From Cyanobacteriota bacterium (GTDB taxonomy: Bacteria > Cyanobacteriota > Cyanobacteriia > Cyanobacteriales > Xenococcaceae), in contig JBEANW010000534.1 in the NCBI GenBank assembly GCA_041165225.1, positions 1 through 46,861 of the forward strand: 46,861 nt of DNA, read 5' to 3'. Positions 17,537 through 27,604 of this stretch are shown here, one piece after another. The translations under genes and the position numbers were made by a program. The number at the start of each line of letters is the position of its first letter. Position 1 is the stretch's first letter. The notes beneath the pieces are model-generated. The model was not told where the DNA came from. It did not search any database and saw only the letters and a program-made list of their open reading frames with translations.

Positions 17537-19495
17537 TTAGATCTCCTGAGTTATCGTACCGTTTTGCCCCGAAACTATGCCAAAATAACCTGGATTCCAG
17601 GTCTTAAAAGGGAACATTTGAAAAGACCATATTTTTATGACTATCTTTAAACCGTCTGGATCATATCCGATATCCCTAATCATACCTGGGACATCGTTTA
17701 GAATCACGCTTCCGATCGAAACATTTAGCTTAACAAAATTGCCAATGTCTAAAAGCATGGCCCGCCACGTCAGATTTATGTCAAAAATTTCGATTGTCCC
17801 ACTTGCAAGGCGCACTATTTCTATGAGTTGAGAAGCAACCACATTTGATTGATATAGGTTCGGGAAGACTATCTTCTTAGAGATTTTAAGGCCCGCCATT
17901 TGCGTTATGGCGTCATCATTTCTCATGATGGAAGTAGCCCTAGAATTTTCGTTAACTATGGGTAAAAAGTTAAACGCCGCTTGCGCCCTATTGAAGTTAT
18001 TTTTTTCATCGATTCTCGCCCTTAGCGAGCCTTCTACGACATCCCAGTTTTTAACATTATAGGTAGTCAATTCGTCCCAGTCTTCGAAGTGAAGACTGTT
18101 AAGCTTTAGCTTCAAATCCCTATCGATAAATGCTTCTAACCTGACTTGCTCAAGCAGGGATAAAACGTATGTCATAGCTGGGGTAGATTCGTTGAGCCAA
18201 ATTCTTGATTTAAACGTGCTTATAGATGACTGCGCTGGAGTTGCTTTGTCTCGATATGTTTCCCAATTGAGATCAAAGTCCCCGTAAATTAAACCGCCGT
18301 ATGTAATGATTATATCGTGAGCTTGCCATACTATATTATTATCATACCCAATGTTTTTCCCTCTAACTTGGACAAAAAATTCATCGCCAGAATCAAAAGC
18401 GTAAGCAATTAAAACCCCTGCGCCATCGTTCATCCACAAAGCGCCCTGTTTGACTTCAAATATGTTCTTATTGCCGTTGACATTCGTTACCTCTGCGCTA
18501 GGAACCAAGCTATAAACTTCGCTCCTTCTCACATAAACTTTGGACGTATCGAAAAAATAATTGGCGTTTTCTGAGATCAAAAAAGATAGGTTTTTTCTTG
18601 GCTCGCCCGTGAATGGTTTGAATTGGTGTGTACCAGTTTGAGCTCCTGAAGAAGTAATAACAGCGCCACCTGGAGACAGGGATATCTCGAAGGAATCTAA
18701 CAAAGGATTTCTAACGTAATAGGCTGTTGAAATAGCAAGAGGAGAAGGAAGAGATCCAGTTGTCACAAGCTCTATCTTGCCTCCCTCATCAAGAGCATGA
18801 GCCACGCAAGATAGAGTTGATCCAGATATGGTTACCTCCTTCTCCTTGTACGCTACAAATGGATCTGATCCATTCGTACAATAAGCGGGGATAGCAGCAT
18901 AAAATGGTTCTAATTCTACGGTCCAATCTCCGTAAATTAAGGGTATTATCTTTCCTAAGTTTTTCTGCTCGCACTTAGGAAAGCTATCGTAGGTTATCGC
19001 CGTGTTCGGGAATTTCGCGTTTATTCTGTCGTAGTTGTCTCGCGCCACAATGATAATTGAGTTGATGGAGCGTTGAAACCCTCCAACGGGAGTAATTGTG
19101 CCCTTAAATATCGTTGTATACGTTCCGGCTTTCTCTGCCAAACCCACTTTAACCACAACCTGCTTATTAACCCATCCCCCATAGTTATTCCCGCTTTGTA
19201 GTATGTTGTTAAACCGTCCGTCTACGTTGCTTAATTCTAGTGTTAATGTACTAAATTGGAGGTCATTCGACAACCATTCTCCAACGGTTCTCCCTATCGT
19301 CGGGAACACTAAAAGTGCTTCGTAGAAAGTCCCATCAACATACTTGTTTCGATCGCTTGCGTAGATAGTCCCAGTAGGGCTTTCGATCTCGCAAACCATC
19401 TCTATTTTACATTCTAAATTGTCATGACAGAAATCTAACAATGCTTGGTCAAGCACGTTAGATGTTAGGTATGGTCTTCGGTTACTACTGCTCAT
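17537..19495 (-). CDS. Tail tip / baseplate hub-like protein
   Basis: 652 aa, second gene after the tape measure; IPLIYGD motif and an inserted AH.L..G...LP..L.....YYV module. Confidence 0.65.
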   Translation of the reverse strand: MSSSNRRPYLTSNVLDQALLDFCHDNLECKIEMVCEIESPTGTIYASDRNKYVDGTFYEALLVFPTIGRTVGEWLSNDLQFSTLTLELSNVDGRFNNILQSGNNYGGWVNKQVVVKVGLAEKAGTYTTIFKGTITPVGGFQRSINSIIIVARDNYDRINAKFPNTAITYDSFPKCEQKNLGKIIPLIYGDWTVELEPFYAAIPAYCTNGSDPFVAYKEKEVTISGSTLSCVAHALDEGGKIELVTTGSLPSPLAISTAYYVRNPLLDSFEISLSPGGAVITSSGAQTGTHQFKPFTGEPRKNLSFLISENANYFFDTSKVYVRRSEVYSLVPSAEVTNVNGNKNIFEVKQGALWMNDGAGVLIAYAFDSGDEFFVQVRGKNIGYDNNIVWQAHDIIITYGGLIYGDFDLNWETYRDKATPAQSSISTFKSRIWLNESTPAMTYVLSLLEQVRLEAFIDRDLKLKLNSLHFEDWDELTTYNVKNWDVVEGSLRARIDEKNNFNRAQAAFNFLPIVNENSRATSIMRNDDAITQMAGLKISKKIVFPNLYQSNVVASQLIEIVRLASGTIEIFDINLTWRAMLLDIGNFVKLNVSIGSVILNDVPGMIRDIGYDPDGLKIVIKIWSFQMFPFKTWNPGYFGIVSGQNGTITQEI

Positions 19496-20934
19496 TATAA
19501 ACTTTCATCAATTTCTACAGCAAGCGTTACTATATCGGCGGCATCCCCTCTATTCTCATGCTCTTCTTCAGGGATATCTACCAACTTTCCAAAAACTCCG
19601 AATCTTTTTGGGTCTTGTGGGTCTGGAAGCCATAGACATTTTAAACTAGTTCTGGCTGTTTCAAAAACATTTATTAAGCTGTCGAAGTTCCCTTTACGGT
19701 AATCTAAACTGTTAAAATTAACAACGATGGATCTCTTTAAGGCTCTATCGTTCGACACATTTGTAAACCCTTCTGTCTTTACTTTCGAGGAAAAGTGACG
19801 CATTTTTCTACGGATTCGATCAACAATATCCTCTCCCTGAAAAATAATTGAGTTCCCAAAAATAATCGTTCCCACCTGCAAAAATCCTTCTGGATTTGTC
19901 GGATCGCTTATCGTCAATCGCCAGTATCGGTATTGTGTTGTTGGGAATGTTGGGGATATGTAATAGCTGTTAATACTAGTCGCCTCGATCGGGAGAGTAA
20001 TGCCCACGCTGGCAAAGGTAGGAGAATTGCTACCTTCGAATGTAACCACGGCGCTGGAGGACCAGTTATGATTAAGGAACGCGAAGGTATCAGGAGCGAC
20101 TCCTTGAACTAGTTGGGTGTCACAAACCAATGTAGCCGATAATGAGCTGTTTGATCTCCATACATATTCTACAATATCGTTGTTTACATTATTGACAGAA
20201 AAATCACCTGCTAGAGTTGATGAAGCCGTCCAGTTTAAACCATTGGTTCCACGGCTAGGAAACTCAGAAAGGATCCGTAGCTTTGTGGTATTGTAGAGAA
20301 CAAACCTGATCTGAGATCCTAAGTTCAAAGCTCTTAGCAAGTTTATCTCGGCTCCAATAGCCTTAACAGCTTCTATGACTCGCTCAACTTCTACGCCGTT
20401 CTGAGTGTACGTCTTGATAGCCCGATCCATCTCGACGCCCGTATATCGCTTAGTCACAATCTTTCGATCAATCTCTAAACCGATATGGGCACAAATCCCA
20501 TCAACCAAATATCTTTTTGTCAGGTAGTCTTCAGACAGATAGCCCTTTTCTCGGCAATGCCAGGAAGAGATATATTTTTCCCTGGTTATTTCGACTCCAG
20601 AGAATTGAGTGTCTCCTAATGATCTTTCAACTTCCACGCCCGAATATCGTGCTGTGGATATCTTCCTTTCGATTTCCAAGCCAATTTGGTCCATAGATTC
20701 TATGGTTCTTTCGACTTCCGTTCCTAGAAAATCATCTCCAGGATTAGACCGATCGACCTCGATCCCTGAATAAACCATTTCAATTAATCTTCTATCGATC
20801 TCCAGCCCCGAGGCTAGATCATCCTGAATGACCCGCTTAACCTCCGTTCCATAGTGGTCTCGGCATCTCCCCGACATATAGCTATAAGTTAAATATGGTT
20901 CTTCGAGATATCCGAAATAGGCTGGATTTGTCAT
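19495..20934 (-). CDS. Distal tail-like protein with N-terminal 14-aa tandem repeats
   Basis: First gene after the tape measure; about 11-12 GxE(V/I)xR repeats; C-half contains a discoidin-like YRYWRL motif. Confidence 0.65.
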   Translation of the reverse strand: MTNPAYFGYLEEPYLTYSYMSGRCRDHYGTEVKRVIQDDLASGLEIDRRLIEMVYSGIEVDRSNPGDDFLGTEVERTIESMDQIGLEIERKISTARYSGVEVERSLGDTQFSGVEITREKYISSWHCREKGYLSEDYLTKRYLVDGICAHIGLEIDRKIVTKRYTGVEMDRAIKTYTQNGVEVERVIEAVKAIGAEINLLRALNLGSQIRFVLYNTTKLRILSEFPSRGTNGLNWTASSTLAGDFSVNNVNNDIVEYVWRSNSSLSATLVCDTQLVQGVAPDTFAFLNHNWSSSAVVTFEGSNSPTFASVGITLPIEATSINSYYISPTFPTTQYRYWRLTISDPTNPEGFLQVGTIIFGNSIIFQGEDIVDRIRRKMRHFSSKVKTEGFTNVSNDRALKRSIVVNFNSLDYRKGNFDSLINVFETARTSLKCLWLPDPQDPKRFGVFGKLVDIPEEEHENRGDAADIVTLAVEIDESL

Positions 20935-23900
20935 AGGTTTCTAACTCCGTTGGCGTACACGATAGTTTGGCCATCTGCGCTACTTCTTCGCAATTGGTCC
21001 TTGATCGTTGGCATTAGCTTATTCTTGATAAAGGTTTCGTCGATCTGCTGGGTAGAATTTATGGTTAGTTTAATCTCTATGTTTTGAGTGTTGTTGGCAG
21101 GAGCTTGGCCTTTGTTGAGTGATGACAGGTTATTCATTCCCAAGGATGCCGCCGCGCTTTTGTTGATAACAAACTCGCCACCTTTTAGCATGGTGGGGAC
21201 ATCTCCAGACCCTCCTACTAAACCGCCTTCATGAAATTTGTTGGCCTCAAGCATCTTCCAAAACATGTCTAGAACTTTGCCGTAAACTGTTCCTTTCATC
21301 TGGTCCCATAACTTGGCAAGTAGCTGGCTAGGATCTAGGTTTTCTGCTTGATTTCCTAATGTGTCCCTTGCTCCTCGCAAATCTTTGCCAAGGTCTTTAG
21401 CTCCATAAGCATATCCACTAGGTTTAATATCTCCATCTAAGATCGCTTGGACCAAGGCTGCAATGGTTGGATCATTCATTTTTGATCTTGGGATAACGGC
21501 CTCACCTGCGCTGAGCAATGCCACAATTCTATCATTCATCTTGCTATCACCGGGAACAGAAGCTTGACCAGGGATCAAACCGCCCTTAGCGAAGTTTAAG
21601 AAGGGGATATCGATACCAAGCTTTTTCTCTACATCACCCTGGCCTTTAGCTGAATCTGTATTAAACATTTTCCCAAAAAGATTAGCTGGATTAATTGCAT
21701 CTAGAGCATCCCCAACTAGCTTTCCAAGACCACTTAAACCTTTTTTCAAACCCTCCCAAATTGCGCCGCCTAACCCCATAAAGAAGTCCCAAAGCCCAGT
21801 TAATGCGGTTTTTAAACCCTCGAATATTTTCCCGCCGATTTCTAAATAGATCGAAACTAGGTCTTGCAATGCTTTAAATATGCTTTGGAATATGTCTGCA
21901 ACACCTTTAAGGATGGTTTCTCCTGCTTTAAATACAGAGCCAAAGATATCGGCGACACCACCAAGAGCATCTCCTATTGCCTTGAAAGCTGCTTGAAATA
22001 TGCCAACAACACCTTCAAAAATAGTCTGAGCAGTCTTAAAGACTTCTCCAAATACTTCCGTAACGTGCTGCAGTATCGCCCCACCGATTTTAAATACAGC
22101 TTCGAAGATATTGATCTTGCCCGTAAAGAGCTCCATCAAAGTGTCCCAGATATTCTTAACCATCTTCCAAGCTGATTCAAAGATGCCCATCATTCCATCC
22201 CAGATAGCTTGAACAGCTCCCCAAGCGGCACTAAAGACAACCATTAAAACATCCCAAACCGATGACAGTACATTTATCATTGCCGACCAGATCGCCTCGA
22301 TTACACCCCAAACCGCCGTTAATGCCCCGAGCATGGAGTTCCAAACGGTTTTAAGGACATTGACAATTGGCATAAATATATTGTCCCATACCCATCGCCA
22401 TACCGCTGTAATGCCGTCAAGAATTGGTTTTAGGAATGTGTCATAAACAAATCTCCAAACAGCCGTAAGACCATCAATAAGAGGCTTGATAAACGTATCG
22501 TAAATAAATCGCCAAGCTGCAATTAAACCATTGGTTAAATCTTTAAAAAGTTTGTCTAGGGTTGACTTTCCATCCTTTAAGCCACCTCCTACGTTATTCA
22601 TCGCCTTGGCACCCACTTTCATTGCGCCTTCGAGATCCATCACAGCAAAGAGTTTGCTAGCCTCTCCTGTAAGCTTCTTCCCAAAATCCCTTAGGCCCAA
22701 GCCTAGGGCTTTGGTATCAATTGGAACCTTGAAGCCCTTACCAGAAAGTAGATTTTTCATTACGTTAACTAATAGCATTCCTAGTGCTATCCCAATTTTA
22801 GGAAGATCTTTGATTGTAAATTCTATTATTTTATCAATTAATTTAGGGATTCCCTCAATGAGTCCAGCAATTAAAGCGGGAATGATATCGGGTAGCTTCT
22901 CAATCAACTTGATAAGAAGGTCGGGAATTTTATCGAGTAGATCGACCAAGGCTAGTGGGATCTCAGCAACAAACTTGATTACTGAGTCGATTATACTCGA
23001 AACCATCTTTATGACGTTGGGAATAAAGTTCTTAATGAAATTGATTACACCATTGAAAAGATTAGCAATTCCCGCTGCAATCCTGTTAGGAAGATCAGTC
23101 AATGAATTAAATATATTCGCAATCTTTTCGAGCAAACCAGGGATAAAATCAATCAATGCTTGAACGGCATCAGCCACAGCACCAACTCCAGCCATGGCTC
23201 CCATTGCCGACATTCCAGCAATCTCTCCAGCTCCTTGCACTGCCTGAGTTATTGACCTACCAACCTCTTCACCCATTTTGGTTCCAGCTTCAAATGCTTT
23301 GGGAGGAGCTTTTTTTGCTGCTTGCGCTGCTTCTTCTTTTGCAAGCTTTCGCCTTTCATTCAATTGCTTGATAATATTTTCTTGTTCTTTGGTTGGTGGC
23401 CCTATTTTTGTAAGTAATTGCTTTATTTCCAGCTCTTTTTGTAGAGCGTCAACTATTTTTAGCTGTCTATCTAGTTGTAATTTGATGCCATCGAGCGTTA
23501 AAGCTTCAGCAATTTTTAAATTAGTGAATATGTCTTCGTTTTCTTTCTTAAGATCTTTAGCTTGATCGGTCATTATTTTGTAGATTTTAGCTTTAGATCC
23601 TAGGTCTACTAACTCCCTACCTTGTGCAATTAGATCTTTATTCGCTTGGGATAGATGACCTTGCAGTTTTAATAGTTTTTCTTGGTCATCTAATTCACTA
23701 TTTCTAAGTTGAACTCTTTCGTATTCCTGGAGAATGTCAGATTGTACGTTAACCGTAAATTCTTTCTGAACATCAGCTATTTTTCGTCTTAATGTTTTGG
23801 TTTCTTCTAGCCTTTGGATAACTTCTTCTTGAATTTTTATTTCTTTTTCTTTATTAACAGAATCAATTTGCTTCTGAATTAGCATTTGTTCATCTGAACG

Positions 23901-26600
23901 AAAGCCGTTAATCTTGAGCAAGCCAGCGGATACTTGCTCTATTTGCTTAACTTTAGCTGCTGTTTCAAGCTTTACAGCTTCAACTATTCTTCCGCTTTGC
24001 CTTAATTCATTGAGTTTAAGCGCAAAAACATCGGTCTCTATTTTTGAAACCGTATCGAATCGAAGTTTTTCCGCTTCTATCCTGGCTGTAGCTGCTTCTT
24101 TCTCAGCTCCAGCTAATTTCTCCGCTGTCTCTTTTGGCGAAGCCTTAAGATCGAAAACTTTAGCAAGATTCGCCTTAGAATCCTCTATTTTTTTAGAAGC
24201 TTTTTCAAATTCGTTAGCAAAAAGCTTTTGTTTTTCAGCAGCTTCGCTGAACTCGCTATTTATTTCATCAGCTAATCCTCTGACTTTTTTCCTAAATTCT
24301 CCCGTTACTTTCAATACATCAACCTGATTCGTACCAAAATCTTTCGTTGCTGTTGATGCCCCTGCTAGAAATCCCATCGCATTATCTAGCTGGTTTGAAT
24401 AGTCATCTATTGATTTTCCTAGAGCATAAAATTTCTTGGTTTGATCTTCTATTAGTAAGTCAAAAGCGAGTATATCTTCATCATCTGCAAAAAGTTTTTT
24501 AAATTCAGCATAAATTATTGAAAGAGCTACAAGCCCTTGCGCTAACCTGAGTATTTCTATGCTCGCAAATTTTACCGCCGTGGTGAATATTCGCTCGATA
24601 ACACCAGCACTTTGTTTGAGATTATTTCCAGTTTCTTCAGCAGCAACAGCGGAAGATCTAAAATTGTCTGCTAAATCTTCAAAAACCATGTTAATTTCTG
24701 GCACTGCTACCGCTAATTGTTCAATTGCCTTAGAAACAACGAAAAAGGCAGCAGCCCAAGGAACAATCCTTTTAGTTATGACTAATATAATTGAAGAGAG
24801 AGCTACAGAAGTTCCGAACAATGACAACACGTAAGTGTTTAAAAGCTGAATAACTCCTGCTAAAGCTAAAGCACCAACCGTGAATTTTAAAAGCTGTCCA
24901 ATAACAATGAAGGTTACACCAACGAAGTCTTTTAATTTTCCTATTGTAACCAAAATAATATCGGGTAAATCTGCCCACCAAGTTGCAAATTTAATCGATA
25001 AAGCAAGGTATTTTCTAGTAGCATCGCCTTGCTCACCAATTTTTATGTTAATTCTTTCAAGTGTTTTCTCATAAACAGCGTTTGCCCCTGCAATCGTATC
25101 GGTTTGATCGCTTGCTGCTCCTAGAATTGGGGTAACTTGCTTCATTAAAGCTTCATATTTAGCCATAGATATCTGATTTTCATCTAACTGCTCTATAGAT
25201 AAACCAATGGATTTTGCATAATCAGTCTGTGCTAGCGTTGTATTTGTTAGGTTTATACCGTTTTGTGTCACCAAAACGCTAGAATCACTCAGCGCCTTTA
25301 TTAATTCTTTCGTGGTTCCTTCAAGATCTTTATTACCAACGGCTGCTAGATCTTGAGCAGCGCCAAATAGTTTTAATGATTGTTGAAATCCTAGCCCTAG
25401 ATTGTGAGCTCCCGCAATAATTGACTTAATAGAGTTCGCTATTTCGTTACGGCTAAACTCTGTATTCATAACAGTTTCGTCTAAAATGTCATTCCATTGC
25501 TTAAATCCACCTGTAGCCTTTTCTCCAAACTCTTTGACGTAACCACCAACAACCTTGGTAAAAGTTTTCATGGAATATTCAAAATCTTGAAAAGCCTTAT
25601 TAGCTTTTTCCATGTCCGTTAAAAACTTTTCACCAATGGATATTAATAGATCTCCAATTGCGAATATAGCGAGCCTTACCGCTACCCCTAAGCCTCCTGA
25701 TATTACGCCAGCAACTTTTAATATGGTTCCAGCAAATTTTCCTGCTGCTGTTTCTGTATCAACAAAATATTGACCAAGTAAAATAAAAGCTGGAGATAAA
25801 ATACCAAGGGCTGTTGTAACGGTGATAATAGATGTAGGAAGAGACTTTGAAGCAAAACCAGCAAATCCTGTACCTGCCTTAAATACAACCCCTATAACAT
25901 CCGCAATAGGCTTAAATGCCTTTATGAAATCGTAGGCATATTTACCTACAATCCCAGTCGCCGCGACTGCTAGGGCAAATCCGGCTTGCTCTAGAGCCAT
26001 CATAAAACCTATTTGCGCTTCGCTAGCGTTTTTTATCGTTTGTACATATCTGTCTATTTTTTTTGAAATTGAATCAAAAACTGAATTGTATAAATTTTGC
26101 AACTTACCTAAATATGATTCACTATCTTTAACCATTACTTGCATTGATTCATTAGCAGTCTTGCCAATATCTTGCTGTTTATCTGTAGCGCCAGAGCTGA
26201 CTTCTTGCTTTATAACAGGCAAACTTATTGGCTTATTTGCTTTTTCAATAGATTTTGATATTTCATCATTCAAAATCTTATAATCGTTAGTAAGGGATCC
26301 AACGGCTTTTGAGTATACATCGTAACTTTTCGTTAAATTTTCGGTATCAATCGATAAAACTGCTGTAGTTTTCAGATAGGCCAGGTCTTTTTCTATGTCT
26401 TTAACCATAGATTGATAGGCTGATTTTTGTTCATCGGTATTTTTAACAGCGTTATCAGTCCATGAATTCATCGTTTTTTCCGATGAATCCATGGATTTTT
26501 CCAAATTATTTATCTGATCGACTACGGTTTTTATATCAGACTTCCAACTTGCTGATATTTTTGACTCGATCTCGATTAAAAGCTTATCTGTTACCGCCAC
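20931..26600 (-). CDS. Tail tape measure protein (~1889 aa)
   Basis: Longest ORF; coiled-coil and TM segments; 11-aa W/F periodic repeats; F..GG motifs. GTG start with GGAGGG RBS. Confidence 0.92.
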   Translation of the reverse strand: MAVTDKLLIEIESKISASWKSDIKTVVDQINNLEKSMDSSEKTMNSWTDNAVKNTDEQKSAYQSMVKDIEKDLAYLKTTAVLSIDTENLTKSYDVYSKAVGSLTNDYKILNDEISKSIEKANKPISLPVIKQEVSSGATDKQQDIGKTANESMQVMVKDSESYLGKLQNLYNSVFDSISKKIDRYVQTIKNASEAQIGFMMALEQAGFALAVAATGIVGKYAYDFIKAFKPIADVIGVVFKAGTGFAGFASKSLPTSIITVTTALGILSPAFILLGQYFVDTETAAGKFAGTILKVAGVISGGLGVAVRLAIFAIGDLLISIGEKFLTDMEKANKAFQDFEYSMKTFTKVVGGYVKEFGEKATGGFKQWNDILDETVMNTEFSRNEIANSIKSIIAGAHNLGLGFQQSLKLFGAAQDLAAVGNKDLEGTTKELIKALSDSSVLVTQNGINLTNTTLAQTDYAKSIGLSIEQLDENQISMAKYEALMKQVTPILGAASDQTDTIAGANAVYEKTLERINIKIGEQGDATRKYLALSIKFATWWADLPDIILVTIGKLKDFVGVTFIVIGQLLKFTVGALALAGVIQLLNTYVLSLFGTSVALSSIILVITKRIVPWAAAFFVVSKAIEQLAVAVPEINMVFEDLADNFRSSAVAAEETGNNLKQSAGVIERIFTTAVKFASIEILRLAQGLVALSIIYAEFKKLFADDEDILAFDLLIEDQTKKFYALGKSIDDYSNQLDNAMGFLAGASTATKDFGTNQVDVLKVTGEFRKKVRGLADEINSEFSEAAEKQKLFANEFEKASKKIEDSKANLAKVFDLKASPKETAEKLAGAEKEAATARIEAEKLRFDTVSKIETDVFALKLNELRQSGRIVEAVKLETAAKVKQIEQVSAGLLKINGFRSDEQMLIQKQIDSVNKEKEIKIQEEVIQRLEETKTLRRKIADVQKEFTVNVQSDILQEYERVQLRNSELDDQEKLLKLQGHLSQANKDLIAQGRELVDLGSKAKIYKIMTDQAKDLKKENEDIFTNLKIAEALTLDGIKLQLDRQLKIVDALQKELEIKQLLTKIGPPTKEQENIIKQLNERRKLAKEEAAQAAKKAPPKAFEAGTKMGEEVGRSITQAVQGAGEIAGMSAMGAMAGVGAVADAVQALIDFIPGLLEKIANIFNSLTDLPNRIAAGIANLFNGVINFIKNFIPNVIKMVSSIIDSVIKFVAEIPLALVDLLDKIPDLLIKLIEKLPDIIPALIAGLIEGIPKLIDKIIEFTIKDLPKIGIALGMLLVNVMKNLLSGKGFKVPIDTKALGLGLRDFGKKLTGEASKLFAVMDLEGAMKVGAKAMNNVGGGLKDGKSTLDKLFKDLTNGLIAAWRFIYDTFIKPLIDGLTAVWRFVYDTFLKPILDGITAVWRWVWDNIFMPIVNVLKTVWNSMLGALTAVWGVIEAIWSAMINVLSSVWDVLMVVFSAAWGAVQAIWDGMMGIFESAWKMVKNIWDTLMELFTGKINIFEAVFKIGGAILQHVTEVFGEVFKTAQTIFEGVVGIFQAAFKAIGDALGGVADIFGSVFKAGETILKGVADIFQSIFKALQDLVSIYLEIGGKIFEGLKTALTGLWDFFMGLGGAIWEGLKKGLSGLGKLVGDALDAINPANLFGKMFNTDSAKGQGDVEKKLGIDIPFLNFAKGGLIPGQASVPGDSKMNDRIVALLSAGEAVIPRSKMNDPTIAALVQAILDGDIKPSGYAYGAKDLGKDLRGARDTLGNQAENLDPSQLLAKLWDQMKGTVYGKVLDMFWKMLEANKFHEGGLVGGSGDVPTMLKGGEFVINKSAAASLGMNNLSSLNKGQAPANNTQNIEIKLTINSTQQIDETFIKNKLMPTIKDQLRRSSADGQTIVYANGVRNL

Positions 26601-27012
26601 TTTTAGCCCCTCCCTTTGCTCCCGACCCATCCCCAAGAACACTCTTTGCCCTGCTTACAAACTGAGCTTGCTTATATGACTGAATAAACCAAGAAATATT
26701 ATCAATCCACCATGACGGCTGGTCAACCATCCCGCCTTCCAGGTAGCGCCAGTCTCCAGACTCCGCCGCAAGAGACATGAGCCTATAGAGTCTAGTATAC
26801 TCGGGATCCCATGTCGCTTTGCCAGGACAGAAGCCATATTTCTCACCACCTTTGTTTATCTCTATAGGCCATATTATGCCATCATCAGCTGTGAAATCCT
26901 CCCGATCTTCTGCACACCGCCTTATATCTTTGGTTCTCTGCGGGCACTCTTGGCAAATAAAATTCCGACCACCAGCTTTAAGGGCTGCATGGTCGGCTTG
27001 GGTGAGCTCCAT
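26584..27012 (-). CDS. Tail assembly chaperone, GT extension (reached by -1 frameshift)
   Basis: -1 frame is open from the slippery site (K-L-V-A-L-M-E-L...); sits between G and the tape measure. Confidence 0.8.
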   Translation of the reverse strand: MELTQADHAALKAGGRNFICQECPQRTKDIRRCAEDREDFTADDGIIWPIEINKGGEKYGFCPGKATWDPEYTRLYRLMSLAAESGDWRYLEGGMVDQPSWWIDNISWFIQSYKQAQFVSRAKSVLGDGSGAKGGAKSGGNR

Positions 27013-27020
27013 CAGAGCTA

Positions 27021-27494
27021 CTAGCTTTTTTTTAAATCTGGTTTTGAAAGACTAGATTTTTCCATGACAGTCTTGCGAGCTGCATAGAGATCTTGAACGA
27101 TCCCAACGGCCAGGAGCTTCTCCATCAGCTTTTCGCTCGCGCCGCCGTCTGATCCCCTTAGATAGACAATCTTTTCGGATTCGGGCACGTGCGGTGGGTT
27201 GATGATATCAATCAAAGAACATCTTACCTCTTCAGAAATGAAGCTCATCTTGATTTGCATCTCGCCCTTTTGCATTGTAACCTTCTCGTCTTCTACCTTC
27301 TTTGCAAGGCCCCAAGGCAAAGCTTTACGCAATACAAACTTGGTTGGATAGTCGCCTTCTTTGAACTTCAAATGAGACTCATCTAGGCCAGATTCAATAT
27401 ATTGCTGGTAGTCTTCTTCGCTGCAATCTAGAGCAGAGTCTACCTTGCAAATGACTGAGATACTGCCTTCTAACTGGTCTAACTTTAGTGCCAT
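27021..27494 (-). CDS. Tail assembly chaperone G
   Basis: Between tail tube and tape measure; start MALKLD with GGAG RBS; ends DLKKS at the slippery site. Confidence 0.8.
   Translation of the reverse strand: MALKLDQLEGSISVICKVDSALDCSEEDYQQYIESGLDESHLKFKEGDYPTKFVLRKALPWGLAKKVEDEKVTMQKGEMQIKMSFISEEVRCSLIDIINPPHVPESEKIVYLRGSDGGASEKLMEKLLAVGIVQDLYAARKTVMEKSSLSKPDLKKS
27026..27036 (-). other. Programmed -1 ribosomal frameshift site
   Basis: GAT TTA AAA AAA AGC TAG contains the heptamers T-TTA-AAA and A-AAA-AAA. Confidence 0.8.
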
Positions 27495-27540
27495 AAATTT
27501 TGATCTCCATGATGTTTTAAACATACAATAGAGCATGGAT

Positions 27541-27571
27541 AAAAAAGAAGCTATCTTAAAAAGATAGCTCC
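27541..27571 (-). terminator. Intrinsic terminator after the tail tube gene
   Basis: GGAGCTATCT-TTTTA-AGATAGCTTC followed by T6. Confidence 0.7.
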
Positions 27572-27604
27572 TCCCCATGTGAAAAATGCGTTTGGCCATA
27601 CTAT

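Noticed and set aside
22531-23163. 210-aa plus-strand ORF and other antisense ORFs within the tape measure
   Set aside because: Antisense shadows of a repetitive coding frame; no RBS or motifs.
27495-27599. N-terminal extension of chaperone G in the ORF track
   Set aside because: Contains a terminator hairpin; a better RBS and start exist at 27494.
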